Program-made: the position numbers and the translations under genes
In this document: in pieces, positions 1 to 18,000 of the stretch
Numbering within the stretch: the first letter of the stretch is position 1
How the letters are laid out: each line of letters opens with the position of its first letter
Assembly (NCBI GenBank): GCA_964016885.1
Contig: OZ024740.1
Span: 421,042,001-421,106,000 of the forward strand
Reading direction: 5' to 3'
Origin: Eledone cirrhosa
Lineage: Eukaryota
DNA: 64,000 nt
Notes under the pieces: generated by a model
Database searches by the model: none
What the model was told of the DNA's origin: nothing
Seen by the model: only the letters and a program-made list of their open reading frames with translations

Positions 1-3000
1 TACATACCAATACCACCAATGTCAGCCTTCACCATTACATACCAATACCACCAATGTCACCCTTCACCATTACATACCAATACCACCAATGTCAGCCCTT
101 CACCATTACATACCAATACCACCAATACCACCCTTCACCATTACATACTAATACCACCAATACCACCCTTCACCATTACATATCAATACCACCAATGTCA
201 CCCTTCACCATTACATACCAATACCACCAATGTCAGCCTTCACCATTACATACCAATACCACCAATGTCACCCTTCACCATTACATACCAATACCACCAA
301 TGTCAGCCTTCACCATTACATACCAATACCACCAATACCACCCTTCACCATTACATACCAATACCACCAATGTCACCCTTCACCATTACATACCAATACC
401 ACCAATACCACCCTTCAGCATTACATACCAATACCACCAATACCACCCTTCACCATTACATACCAATACCACCAATGTCACCCTTCACCATTACATACCA
501 ATACCACCAATGTCACCCTTCACCATTACATACCAATACCACCAATGTCACCCTTCACCATTACATACCAATACCACCAATACCACCCTTCACCATTACA
601 TACCAATACTAACCAATGTCACCCTTCACCATTACATACCAATACCACCAATGTCACCCTTCACCATTACATACCAATACCACCAATGTCAGCCTTCACC
701 ATTACATACCAATACCACCAATACCACCCTTCACCATTACATACCAATACCACCAATGTCACCCTTCACCATTACATACCAATACCACCAATACCACCCT
801 TCACCATTACATACCAATACCACCAATGTCACCCTTCACCATTACATACCAATACCACCAATACCACCCTTCACCATTACATACCAATACCACCAATACC
901 ACCCTTCACCATTACATACCAATACCACCAATGTCAGCCTTCACCATTACATACCAATACCACCAATACCACCCTTCACCATTACATACCAATACCACCA
1001 ATGTCACCCTTCACCATTACATACCAATACCACCAATACCACCCTTCACCATTACATACCAATACCACCAATGTCACCCTTCACCATTACATACCAATAC
1101 CACCAATACCACCCTTCACCATTACATACCAATACCACCAATGTTCACCCTTCACCATTACATACCAATACCACCAATACCACCCTTCACCATTACATAC
1201 CAATACCACCAATGTCAGCCTTCACCATTACATACCAATACCACCAATACCACCCTTCACCATTACATACCAATACTACCAATGTCACCCTTCACCATTA
1301 CATACCAATACCACCAATGTCACCCTTCACCATTACATACCAATACCACCAATGTCACCCTTCACCATTACATACCAATACCACCAATACCACCCTTCAC
1401 CATTACATACCAATACCACCAATGTCACCCTTCACCATTACATACCAATACCACCAATACCACCCTTCACCATTACATACCAATACCACCAATACCACCC
1501 TTCACCATTACATACCAATACCACCAATACCACCCTTCACCATTACATACCAATACCACCAATGTCAGCCTTCACCATTACATACCAATACCACCAATGT
1601 CACCCTTCACCATTACATACCAATACCACCAATGTCAGCCTTCACCATTACATACCAATACCACCAATACCACCCTTCACCATTACATACCAATACCACC
1701 AATGTCACCCTTCACCATTACATACCAATACCACCAATGTCACCCTTCACCATTACATACCAATACCACCAATGTCAGCCCTTCACCATTACATACCAAT
1801 ACCACCAATACCACCCTTCACCATTACATAACCAATACCACCAATACCACCCTTCACCATTACATACCAATACCACCAATGTCACCCTTCACCATTACAT
1901 ACCAATACCACCAATGTCACCCTTCACCATTACATACCAATACCACCAATACCACCCTTCACCATTACATACCAATACCACCAATGTCACCCTTCACCAT
2001 TACATACCAATACCACCAATACCACCCTTCACCATTACATACCAATACCACCAATACCACCCTTCACCATTACATACCAATACCACCAATACCACCCTTC
2101 ACCATTACATACCAATACCACCAATGTCAGCCTTCACCATTACACACCAATACCACCAATGTCACCCTTCACCATTACATACCAATACCACCAATGTCCA
2201 GCCCTTCACCATTACATACCAATACCACCAATGTCACCCTTCACCATTACATACCAATACCACCAATGTCAGCCCTTCACCATTACATACCAATACCACC
2301 AATACCACCCTTCACCATTACATACCAATACCACCAATGTCAGCCCTTCACCATTACATACCAATACCACCAATTCCACCTTCACCATTACATACCAATA
2401 CCACCAATGTCAGCCTTCACCATTACATACCAATACCACCAATGTCACCCTTCACCATTACATACCAATACCACCAATGTCAGCCTTCACCATTACATAC
2501 CAATACCACCAATGTCACCCTTCACCATTACATACCAATACCACCAATGTCAGCCTTCACCATTACATACCAATACCACCAATGTCACCCTTCACCATTA
2601 CATACCAATACCACCAATGTCAGCCTTCACCATTACATACCAATACCACCAATGTCACCCTTCACCATTACATACCAATACCACCAATGTCACCCCTTCA
2701 CCATTACATACCAATACCACCAATACCACCCTTCACCATTACATACCAATACCACCAATACCACCCTTCACCATTACATACCAATACCACCAATGTCAGC
2801 CTTCACCATTACATACCAATACCACCAATGTCACCCTTCACCATTACATACCAATACCACCAATGTCAGCCTTCACCATTACATACCAATACCACCAATG
2901 TCACCCTTCACCATTACATACCAATACCACCAATGTCAGCCTTCACCATTACATACCAATACCACCAATGTCACCCTTCACCATTACATACCAATACCAC

Positions 3001-6000
3001 CAATGTCAGCCTTCACCATTACATACCAATACCACCAATGTCACCCTTCACCATTACATACCATACCACCAATGTCACCCTTCACCATTACATACCAATA
3101 CCACCAATGTCACCCTTCACCATTACATACCAATACCACCAATACCACCCTTCACCATTACATACCAATACCACCAATACCACCCTTCACCATTACATAC
3201 CAATACCACCAATGTCACCCTTCACCATTACATACCAATACCACCAATGTCAGCCTTCACCATTACATACCAATACCACCAATTCACCCTTCACCATTAC
3301 ATACCAATACCACCAATGTCACCCTTCACCATTACATACCAATACCACCAATGTCACCCTTCACCATTACATACCAATACCACCAATGTCAGCCCTTCAC
3401 CATTACATACCAATACCACCAATACCACCCTTCACCATTACATACCAATACCACCAATGTCCACCCTTCACCATTACATACCAATACCACCAATGTCACC
3501 CTTCACCATTACATACCAATACCACCAATGTCAGCCCTTCACCATTACATACCAATACCACCAATACCACCCTTCACCATTACATACCAATACCACCAAT
3601 GTCACCCTTCACCATTACATACCAATACCACCAATTCACCCTTCACCATTACATACCAATACCACCAATGTCCAGCCTTCACCATTACATACCAATACCA
3701 CCAATACCACCCTTCACCATTACATACCAATACCACCATTCACCTTCACCATACATACCAATACCACCAATGTCACCCTTCACCATTACATACCAATACC
3801 ACCAATGTCAGCCTTCACCATTACATACCAATACCACCAATACCACCCTTCACCATTACATACCAATACCACCAATGTCACCCTTCACCATTACATACCA
3901 ATACCACCAATACACCCTTCACCATTACATACCAATACCACCAATACCACCCTTCACCATTACATACCAATACCACCAATACCACCCTTCACCATTACAT
4001 ACCAATACCACCAATACCACCCTTCACCATTACATACCAATACCACCAATGTCACCCTTCACCATTACATACCAATACCACCAATACACCCTTCACCATT
4101 ACATACCAATACCACCAATGTCACCCTTCACCATTACATACCAATACCACCAATACCACCCTTCACCATTACATACCAATACCACCAATGTCACCCTTCA
4201 CCATTACATACCAATACCACCAATGTCAGCCTTCACCATTACATACCAATACCACCAATGTCACCCTTCACCATTACATACCAATACCACCAATGTCACC
4301 CTTCACCATTACATACCAATACCCCTTCACCATTACATACCAATACCACCCTTCACCATTACATACCAATACCACCAATGTCAGCCTTCACCATTACATA
4401 CCAATACCACCAATACCACCCTTCACCATTACATACCAATACCACCCTTCACCATTACATACCAATACCACCAATGTCAGCCTTCACCATTACATACCAA
4501 TACCACCAATACCACCCTTCACCATTACATACCAATACCACCCTTCACCATTACATACCAATACCACCAATGTCACCCTTCACCATTACATACCAATACC
4601 ACCAATACCACCCTTCACCATTACATACCAATACCACCCTTCACATTACATACTCAATACCACCAATGTCACCCTTCACCATTACATACCAATACCACCC
4701 TTCACCATTACATACCAATACCACCAATGTCAGCCTTCACCATTACATACCAATACCACCAATGTCACCCTTCACCATTACATACCAATACCACCAATGT
4801 CAGCCTTCACCATTACATACCAATACCACCAATACCACCCTTCACCATTACATACCAATACCACCAATGTCAGCCTTCACCATTACATACCAATACACCA
4901 ATGTCACCCTTCACCATTACATACCAATACCACCAATACCACCCTTCACCATTACATATCAATACACCAATGTCACCTTCACCATTACATACCAATACCA
5001 CCAATACCACCCTTCACCTTTACATACCAATACCACCAATACCACCCTTCACCATTACATACCAATACCACCAATGTCACCCTTCACCATTACATACCAA
5101 TACCACCAATGTCACCCTTCACCATTACATACCAATACCACCAATGTCACCCTTCACCATTACATACCAATACCACCAATGTCAGCCTTCACCATTACAT
5201 ACCAATACCACCAATGTCACCCTTCACCATTACATACCAATACCACCAATGTCAGCCTTCACCATTACATACCAATACCACCAATGTCACCCTTCACCAT
5301 TACATACCAATACCACCAATGTCACCCTTCACCATTACATACCAATACCACCAATGTCAGCCTTCACCTTTACATACCAATACCACCAATACCACCCTTC
5401 ACCATTACAAACCAATACCACCAATACCACCCTTCACCATTACATACCAATACCACCAATGTCACCCTTCACCATTACATACCAATACCACCAATGTCAC
5501 CCTTCACCATTACATACCAATACCACCAATGTCACCCTTCACCATTACATACCAATACCACCAATGTCACCCTTCACCATTACATACCAATACCACCAAT
5601 GTCACCCTTCACCATTACATACCAATACCACCAATGTCACCCTTCACCATTACATACCAATACCACCAATGTCACCCTTCACCATTACATACCAATACCA
5701 CCAATGTCACCCTTCACCATTACATACCAATACCACCAATGTCACCCTTCACCATTACATACCAATACCACCAATGTCACCCTTCACCATTACATACCAA
5801 TACCACCAATGTCACCCTTCACCATTACATACCAATACCACCAATGTCACCCTTCACCATTACATACCAATACCACCAATGTCACCCTTCACCATTACAT
5901 ACCAATACCACCAATGTCACCCTTCACCATTACATACCAATACCACCAATGTCACCCTTCACCATTACATACCAATACCACCAATGTCACCCTTCACCAT

Positions 6001-9000
6001 TACATACCAATACCACCAATACCACCCTTCACCATTACATACCAATACCACCAATGTCACCCTTCACCATTACATACCAATACCACCAATACCACCCTTC
6101 ACAATTACATACCAATACCACCAATGTCACCCTTCAGCATTACATACCAATACCACCAATACCACCCTTCACCATTACATACCAATACCACCAATGTCAC
6201 CCTTCACCATTACATACCAATACCACCAATGTCACCCTTCACCATTACATACCAATACCACCAATGTCACACTTCACCATTACATACCAATACCACCAAT
6301 ACCACCCTTCACCATTACATACCAATACCACCAATGTCACCCTTCACCATTACATACCAATACCACCAATACCACCCTTCACAATTACATACCAATACCA
6401 CCAATGTCACCCTTCAGCATTACATACCAATACCACCAATACCACCCTTCACCATTACATACCAATACCACCAATGTCACCCTTCACCATTACATACCAA
6501 TACCACCAATGTCACCCTTCACCATTACATACCAATACCACCAATACCACCCTTCACAATTACATACCAATACCACCAATGTCACCCTTCACCATTACAT
6601 ACCAATACCACCAATGTCACCCTTCACCATTACATACCAATACCACCAATGTCACCCTTCAGCATTACATACCAATACCACCAATGTCACCCTTCACCAT
6701 TACATACCAATACCACCAATGTCACCCTTCACCATTACATACCAATACCACCAATGTCACCCTTCACCATTACATACCAATACCACCAATGTCAGCCTTC
6801 ACCTTTACATACCAATACCACCAATGTCACCCTTCACCATTACATACCAATACCACCAATGTCACCCTTCACCATTACATACCAATACCACCAATACCAC
6901 CCTTCACCATTACATACCAATACCACCAATGTCACCCTTCACCATTACATACCAATACCACCAATGTCACCCTTCACCATTACATACCAATACCACCAAT
7001 ACCACCCTTCACCATTACATACCAATACCACCAATGTCACCCTTCACCATTACATACCAATACCACCAATGTCACCCTTCACCATTACATACCAATACCA
7101 CCAATGTCACCCTTCACCATTACATACCAATACCACCAATGTCACCCTTCACCATTACATACCAATACCACCAATGTCACCCTTCACCATTACATACCAA
7201 TACCACCAATGTCACCCTTCACCATTACATACCAATACCACCAATGTCACCCTTCACCATTACATACCAATACCACCAATACCACCCTTCACCATTACAT
7301 ACCAATACCACCAATGTCACCCTTCACCATTACATACCAATACCACCAATGTCACCCTTCACCATTACATACCAATACCACCAATACCACCCTTCACCAT
7401 TACATACCAATACCACCAATGTCACCCTTCACCATTACATACCAATACCACCAATGTCACCCTTCACCATTACATACCAATACCACCAATACCACCCTTC
7501 ACCATTACATACCAATACCACCAATACCACCCTTCACCATTACATACCAATACCACCAATGTCACCCTTCACCATTACATACCAATACCACCAATACCAC
7601 CCTTCACCATTACATACCAATACCACCAATACCACCCTTCACCATTACATACCAATACCACCAATGTCACCCTTCACCATTACATACCAATACCACCAAT
7701 GTCACCCTTCACCATTACATATCAATACCACCAATGTCACCCTTCACCATTACATACCAATACCACCAATGTCAGCCTTCACCATTACATACCAATACCA
7801 CCAATACCACCCTTCACCATTACATACCAATACCACGAATGTCACCCTTCACCATTACATACCAATACCACCAATACCACCCTTCACCATTACATACCAA
7901 TACCACCAATGTCACCCTTCACCATTACATACCAATACCACCAATGTCACCCTTCACCATTACATACCAATACCACCAATACCACCCTTCACCATTACAT
8001 ACCAATACCACCAATGTCAGCCTTCACCATTACATACCAATACCACCAATGTCACCCTTCACCATTACATACCAATACCACCAATGTCAGCCTTCACCAT
8101 TACATACCAATACCACGAATGTCACCCTTCACCATTACATACCAATACCACCAATACCACCCTTCACCATTACATACCAATACCACCAATGTCAGCCTTC
8201 ACCATTACATACCAATACCACGAATGTCACCCTTCACCATTACATACCAATACCACCAATACCACCCTTCACCATTACATACCAATACCACCAATGTCAC
8301 CCTTCACCATTACATACCAATACCACCAATGTCAGCCTTCACCATTACATACCAATACCACCAATACCACCCTTCACCATTACATACCAATACCACCCAT
8401 GTCACCCTTCACCATTACATATCAATACCACCAATGTCACCCTTCACCATTACATACCAATACCACCAATGTCACCCTTCACCATTACATACCAATACCA
8501 CCAATACCACCCTTCACCATTACATACCAATACCACCAATGTCACCCTTCACCATTACATACCAATACCACCAATACCACCCTTCACCATTACATACCAA
8601 TACCACCAATGTCACCCTTCACCATTACATACCAATACCACCAATGTCAGCCTTCACCATTACATACCAATACCACCAATGTCACCCTTCACCATTACAT
8701 ACCAATACCACCAATACCACCCTTCACCATTACATACCAATACCACCAATGTCACCCTTCACCATTACATACCAATACCACCAATGTCAGCCTTCACCAT
8801 TACATACCAATACCACCAATACCACCCTTCACCATTACATACCAATACCACCAATACCACCCTTCACCATTACATACCAATACCACCAATGTCACCCTTC
8901 ACCATTACATACCAATACCACCAATGTCACCCTTCACCATTACATACCAATACCACCAATGTCACCCTTCACCATTACATACCAATACCACCAATGTCAC

Positions 9001-12000
9001 CCTTCACCATTACATACCAATACCACCAATGTCAGCCTTCACCATTACATACCAATACCACCAATACCACCCTTCACCATTACATACCAATACCACCAAT
9101 GTCACCCTTCACCATTACATACCAATACCACCAATGTCACCCTTCACCATTACATACCAATACCACCAATGTCACCCTTCACCATTACATACCAATACCA
9201 CCAATGTCACCCTTCACCATTACATACCAATACCACCAATACCACCCTTCACCATTACATACCAATACCACCAATGTCAGCCTTCACCATTACATACCAA
9301 TACCACCAATGTCACCCTTCACCATTACATACCAATACCACCAATGTCACCCTTCACCATTACATACCAATACCACCAATGTCACCCTTCACCATTACAT
9401 ACCAATACCACCAATGTCACCCTTCACCATTACATACCAATACCACCAATGTCACCCTTCACCATTACATACCAATACCACCAATGTCACCCTTCACCAT
9501 TACATACCAATACCACCAATGTCAGCCTTCACCATTACATACCAATACCACCAATACCACCCTTCACCATTACATACCAATACCACCAATGTCACCCTTC
9601 ACCATTACATACCAATACCACCAATGTCACCCTTCACCATTACATACCAATACCACCAATGTCACCCTTCACCATTACATACCAATACCACCAATACCAC
9701 CCTTCACCATTACAAACCAATACCACCAATACCACCCTTCACCATTACATACCAATACCACCAATACCACCCTTCACCATTACATACCAATACCACCAAT
9801 GTCACCCTTCACCATTACATACCAATACCACCAATGTCACCCTTCACCATTACATACCAATACCACCAATGTCACCCTTCACCATTACATACCAATACCA
9901 CCAATGTCACCCTTCACCATTACATACCAATACCACCAATACCACCCTTCACCATTACAAACCAATACCACCAATACCACCCTTCACCATTACATACCAA
10001 TACCACCAATGTCACCCTTCACCATTACATACCAATACCACCAATGTCACCCTTCACCATTACATACCAATACCACCAATGTCACCCTTCACCATTACAT
10101 ACCAATACCACCAATGTCACCCTTCACCATTACATACCAATACCACCAATGTCACCCTTCACCATTACATACCAATACCACCAATGTCACCCTTCACCAT
10201 TACATACCAATACCACCAATACCACCCTTCACCATTACAAACCAATACCACCAATACCACCCTTCACCATTACATACCAATACCACCAATGTCACCCTTC
10301 ACCATTACATACCAATACCACCAATGTCACCCTTCACCATTACATACCAATACCACCAATGTCACCCTTCACCATTACATACCAATACCACCAATGTCAC
10401 CCTTCACCATTACATACCAATACCACCAATACCACCCTTCACCATTACAAACCAATACCACCAATACCACCCTTCACCATTACATACCAATACCACCAAT
10501 GTCACCCTTCACCATTACATACCAATACCACCAATGTCACCCTTCACCATTACATACCAATACCACCAATGTCACCCTTCACCATTACATACCAATACCA
10601 CCAATGTCACCCTTCACCATTACAAACCAATACCACCAATACCACCCTTCACCATTACATACCAATACCACCAATACCACCCTTCACCATTACATACCAA
10701 TACCACCAATGTCACCCTTCACCATTACATACCAATACCACCAATGTCACCCTTCACCATTACATACCAATACCACCAATGTCACCCTTCACCATTACAT
10801 ACCAATACCACCAATACCACCCTTCACCATTACATACCAATACCACCAATGTCACCCTTCACCATTACATACCAATACCACCAATACCACCCTTCACCAT
10901 TACATACCAATACCACCAATGTCACCCTTCACCATTACATACCAATACCACCAATACCACCCTTCACCATTACATACCAATACCACCAATGTCACCCTTC
11001 ACCATTACATACCAATACCACCAATACCACCCTTCACCATTACATATCAATACCACCAATACCACCCTTCACCATTACATACCAATACCACCAATGTCAG
11101 CCTTCACCATTACATACCAATACCACCAATACCACCCTTCACCATTACATACCAATACCACCAATGTCAGCCTTCACCATTACATACCAATACCACCAAT
11201 ACCACCCTTCACCATTACATACCAATACCACCAATGTCACCCTTCACCATTACATACCAATACCACCAATGTCACCCTTCACCATTACATACCAATACCA
11301 CCAATGTCACCCTTCACCATTACATATCAATACCACCAATGTCAGCCTTCACCATTACATACCAATACCACCAATGTCACCCTTCACCATTACATATCAA
11401 TACCACCAATACCACCCTTCACCATTACATACCAATACCACCAATACCACCAATGTCACCCTTCACCATTACATACCAATACCACCAATACCACCCTTCA
11501 CCATTACATACCAATACCACCAATGTCACCCTTCACCATTACATACCAATACCACCAATGTCACCCTTCACCATTACATACCAATACCACCAATGTCACC
11601 CTTCACCATTACATACCAATACCACCAATACCACCCTTCACCATTACATACCAATACCACCAATGTCACCCTTCACCATTACATACCAATACCACCAATG
11701 TCACCCTTCACCATTACATACCAATACCACCAATGTCACCCTTCACCATTACATATCAATACCACCAATACCACCCTTCACCATTACATACCAATACCAC
11801 CAATGTCACCCTTCACCATTACATACCAATACCACCAATGTCACCCTTCACCATTACATATCAATACCACCAATGTCACCCTTCACCATTACATATCAAT
11901 ACCACCAATGTCAGCCTTCACCATTACATACCAATACCACCAATGTCACCCTTCACCATTACATATCAATACCACCAATGTCACACTTCACCATTACATA

Positions 12001-15000
12001 CCAATACCACCAATGTCAGCCTTCACCATTACATACCAATACCACCAATGTCACCCTTCACCATTACATATCAATACCACCAATGTCACACTTCACCATT
12101 ACATATCAATACCACCAATGTCACCCTTCACCATTACATACCAATACCACCAATGTCAGCCTTCACCATTACATACCAATACCACCAATGTCACCCTTCA
12201 CCATTACATATCAATACCACCAATGTCAGCCTTCACCATTACATACCAATACCACCAATGTCACCCTTCACCATTACATATCAATACCACCAATGTCAGC
12301 CTTCACCATTACATACCAATACCACCAATGTCACCCTTCACCATTACATACCAATACCACCAATACCACCCTTCACCATTACATACCAATACCACCAATG
12401 TCACCCTTCACCATTACATACCAATACCACCAATACCACCCTTCACCATTACATACCAATACCACCAATGTCACCCTTCACCATTACATACCAATACCAC
12501 CAATACCACCCTTCACCATTACATACCAATACCACCAATGTCACCCTTCACCATTACATATCAATACCACCAATGTCAGCCTTCACCATTACATACCAAT
12601 ACCACCAATGTCACCCTTCACCATTACATACCAATACCACCAATACCACCCTTCACCATTACATACCAATACCACCAATACCACCCTTCACCATTACATA
12701 CCAATACCACCAATGTCAGCCTTCACCATTACATACCAATACCACCAATGTCAGCCTTCACCATTACATACCAATACCACCAATACCACCCTTCACCATT
12801 ACATACCAATACCACCAATGTCACCCTTCACCATTACATATCAATACCACCAATGTCAGCCTTCACCATTACATACCAATACCACCAATACCACCCTTCA
12901 CCATTACATACCAATACCACCAATGTCAGCCTTCACCATTACATACCAATACCACCAATGTCACCCTTCACCATTACATACCAATACCACCAATGTCACC
13001 CTTCACCATTACATACTAATACCACCAATGTCACCCTTCACCATTACATACCAATACCACCAATGTCAGCCTTCACCATTACATACCAATACCACCAATG
13101 TCACCCTTCACCATTACATACCAATACCACCAATGTCACCCTTCACCATTACATACCAATACCACCAATGTCACCCTTCACCATTACATACCAATACCAC
13201 CAATGTCAGCCTTCACCATTACATACCAATACCACCAATGTCACCCTTCACCATTACATATCAATACCACCAATACCACCCTTCACCATTACATACCAAT
13301 ACCACCAATGTCAGCCTTCACCATTACATACCAATACCACCAATGTCACCCTTCACCATTACATACCAATACCACCAATGTCACCCTTCACCATTACATA
13401 CCAATACCACCAATGTCACCCTTCACCATTACATACCAATACCACCAATGTCACCCTTCACCATTACATACCAATACCACCAATGTCACCCTTCACCATT
13501 ACATACCAATACCACCAATGTCACCCTTCACCATTACATACCAATACCACCAATGTCACCCTTCACCATTACATACCAATACCACCAATACCAACCTTCA
13601 CCATTACATACCAATACCACCAATGTCAGCCTTCACCATTACATACCAATACCACCAATGTCACCCTTCACCATTACATACCAATACCACCAATGTCACC
13701 CTTCACCATTACATACCAATACCACCAATGTCAGCCTTCACCATTACATACCAATACCACCCTTCACCATTACATACCAATACCGCCAATGTCAGCCTTC
13801 ACCATTACATACCAATACCACCAATGTCACCCTTCACCATTACATACTAATACCACCAATGTCAGCCTTCACCATTACATACCAATACCACCAATGTCAC
13901 CCCTCACCATTACATACCAATACCACCAATGTCACCCTTCACCATTACATACCAATACCACCAATGTCACCCCTCACCATTACATACCAATACCACCAAT
14001 GTCACCCTTCACCATTACATACCAATACCACCAATGTCACCCTTCACCATTACATACCAATACCACCAATGTCAGCCTTCACCATTACATACCAATACCA
14101 CCAATGTCAGCCTTCACCATTACATACCAATACCACCAATGTCACCCTTCACCATTACATACCAATACCACCAATGTCACCCTTCACCATTACATACCAA
14201 TACCACCAATGTCAGCCTTCACCATTACATACCAATACCACCAATACCACCCTTCACCATTACATACCAATACCGCCAATGTCAGCCTTCACCATTACAT
14301 ACCAATACCACCAATACCACCCTTCACCATTACATACCAATACCACCAATGTCAGCCTTCACCATTACATACCAATACCACCAATGTCACCCTTCACCAT
14401 TACATACCAATACCACCAATGTCACCCTTCACCATTACATACCAATACCACCAATGTCAGCCTTCACCATTACATACCAATACCACCAATGTCACCCTTC
14501 ACCATTACATACCAATACCACCAATGTCACCCTTCACCATTACATACCAATACCACCAATGTCACCCTTCACCATTACATACCAATACCACCAATGTCAC
14601 CCTTCACCATTACATACCAATACCACCAATGTCAGCCTTCACCATTACATACCAATACCACCAATGTCACCCTTCACCATTACATACCAATACCACCAAT
14701 GTCACCCTTCACCATTACATACCAATACCACCAATGTCAGCCTTCACCATTACATACCAATACCACCAATGTCACCCTTCACCATTACATACCAATACCA
14801 CCAATGTCACCCTTCACCATTACATACCAATACCACCAATGTCAGCCTTCACCATTACATACCAATACCACCAATGTCACCCTTCACCATTACATACCAA
14901 TACCACCAATGTCACCCTTCACCATTACATACCAATACCACCAATGTCAGCCTTCACCATTACATACCAATACCACCAATGTCACCCTTCACCATTACAT

Positions 15001-18000
15001 ACCAATACCACCAATGTCACCCTTCACCATTACATACCAATACCACCAATGTCACCCTTCACCATTACATACCAATACCACCAATGTCACCCTTCACCAT
15101 TACATACCAATACCACCAATGTCAGCCTTCACCATTACATACCAATACCACCAATACCACCCTTCACCATTACATACCAATACCGCCAATGTCAGCCTTC
15201 ACCATTACATACCAATACCACCAATGTCACCCTTCACCATTACATACCAATACCACCAATGTCAGCCTTCACCATTACATACCAATACCACCAATGTCAC
15301 CCTTCACCATTACATACCAATACCACCAATGTCACCCTTCACCATTACATACCAATACCACCAATGTCAGCCTTCACCATTACATACCAATACCACCAAT
15401 GTCACCCTTCACCATTACATACCAATACCACCAATGTCACCCTTCACCATTACATACCAATACCACCAATGTCAGCCTTCACCATTACATACCAATACCA
15501 CCAATGTCAGCCTTCACCATTACATACCAATACCACCAATGTCACCCTTCACCATTACATACCAATACCACCAATGTCAGCCTTCACCATTACATACCAA
15601 TACCACCAATGTCACCCTTCACCATTACATACCAATACCACCAATGTCACCCTTCACCATTACATACCAATACCACCAATGTCAGCCTTCACCATTACAT
15701 ACCAATACCACCAATGTCACCCTTCACCATTACATACCAATACCACCAATGTCACCCTTCACCATTACATACCAATACCACCAATGTCACCCTTCACCAT
15801 TACATACCAATACCACCAATGTCAGCCTTCACCATTACATACCAATACCACCAATACCACCCTTCACCATTACATACCAATACCGCCAATGTCAGCCTTC
15901 ACCATTACATACCAATACCACCAATGTCACCCTTCACCATTACATACCAATACCACCAATGTCAGCCTTCACCATTACATACCAATACCACCAATGTCAC
16001 CCTTCACCATTACATACCAATACCACCAATGTCACCCTTCACCATTACATACCAATACCACCAATGTCAGCCTTCACCATTACATACCAATACCACCAAT
16101 GTCACCCTTCACCATTACATACCAATACCACCAATGTCAGCCTTCACCATTACATACCAATACCACCAATGTCAACCTTCACCATTACATACCAATACCA
16201 CCAATGTCAACCTTCACCATTACATACCAATACCACCAATGTCAGCCTTCACCATTACATACCAATACCACCAATACCACCCTTCACCATTACATACCAA
16301 TACCACCAATGTCACCCTTCACCATTACATACCAATACCGCCAATGTCACCCTTCACCATTACATACCAATACCACCAATGTCAGCCTTCACCTTTACAT
16401 ACCAATACCACCAATACCACCCTTCACCATTACATACCAATACCACCCTTCACCATTACATACCAATACCACCAATACCACCCTTCACCATTACATACCA
16501 ATACCACCCTTCACCATTACATACCAATACCACCAATACCATTACATACCAATACCACCAATACCACCCTTCACCATTACATACCAATACCACCAATGTT
16601 ACCCTTCACCATTACATACCAATAGCACCAATGTCAGCCTTCAGCTTTACATACCAATACCACCAATACCACCCTTCACCATTACATACCAATACCACCA
16701 ATGTCACCCTTCACCATTACATACCAATACCACCAATGTCAGCCTTCACCATTACATACCAATACCACCCTTCACCATTACATACCAATACCACCAATAC
16801 CACCCTTCACCATTACATACCAATACCACCCTTCACCATTACATACCAATACCACCAATGTCAGCCTTCACCATTACATACCAATACCACCCTTCACCAT
16901 TACATACCAATACCACCAATGTTACCCTTCACCATTACATACCAATAGCACCAATGTCAGCCTTCACCATTACATACCAATACCACCCTTCACCATTACA
17001 TACCAATACCACCAATGTCAGCCTTCACCATTACATACCAATACCACCCTTCACCATTACATACCAATACCACCAATGTCACCCTTCACCATTACATACC
17101 AATACCACCAATGTCACCCTTCACCATTACATACTAATAAAACCAATGTCAGCCTTCACCATTACATACCAATACCACCCTTCACCATTACATACCAATA
17201 CCACCCTTCACCATTACATACCAATACCACCAATACCACCCTTCACCATTACATATCAATACCACCCTTCACCATTACATACCAATACCACCAATGTCAC
17301 CCTTCACCATTACATACCAATACCACCAATACCACCCTTCACCATTACATACCAATACCACCAATGTCACCCTTCACCATTACATACCAATACCACCAAT
17401 ACCACCCTTCACCATTACATACCAATACCACCAATACCACCCTTCACCATTACATACCAATACCACCCTTCACCATTACATACCAATACCACCAATACCA
17501 CCCTTCACCATTACATACCAATACCACCAATGTCACCCTTCACCATTTCATACCAATACCACCAATGTCACCCTTCACCTTTACATACCAATACCACCAA
17601 TACCACCCTTCACCATTACATACCAATACCACCCTTCACCATTACATACCAATACCACCAATACCACCCTTCACCATTACATACCAATACCACCAATACC
17701 ACCCTTCACCATTACATACCAATACCACCAATGTCACCCTTCACCATTTCATACCAATACCACCAATGTCACCCTTCACCATTACATACCAATACCACCA
17801 ATACCACCCTTCACCATTACATACCAATACCACCAATGTCACCCTTCACCATTACATACCAATACCACCAATACCACCCTTCACCATTACATACCAATAC
17901 CACCAATGTCACCCTTCACCATTACATACCAATACCACCAATACCACCCTTCACCATTACATACCAATACCACCAATACCACCCTTCACCATTACATACC

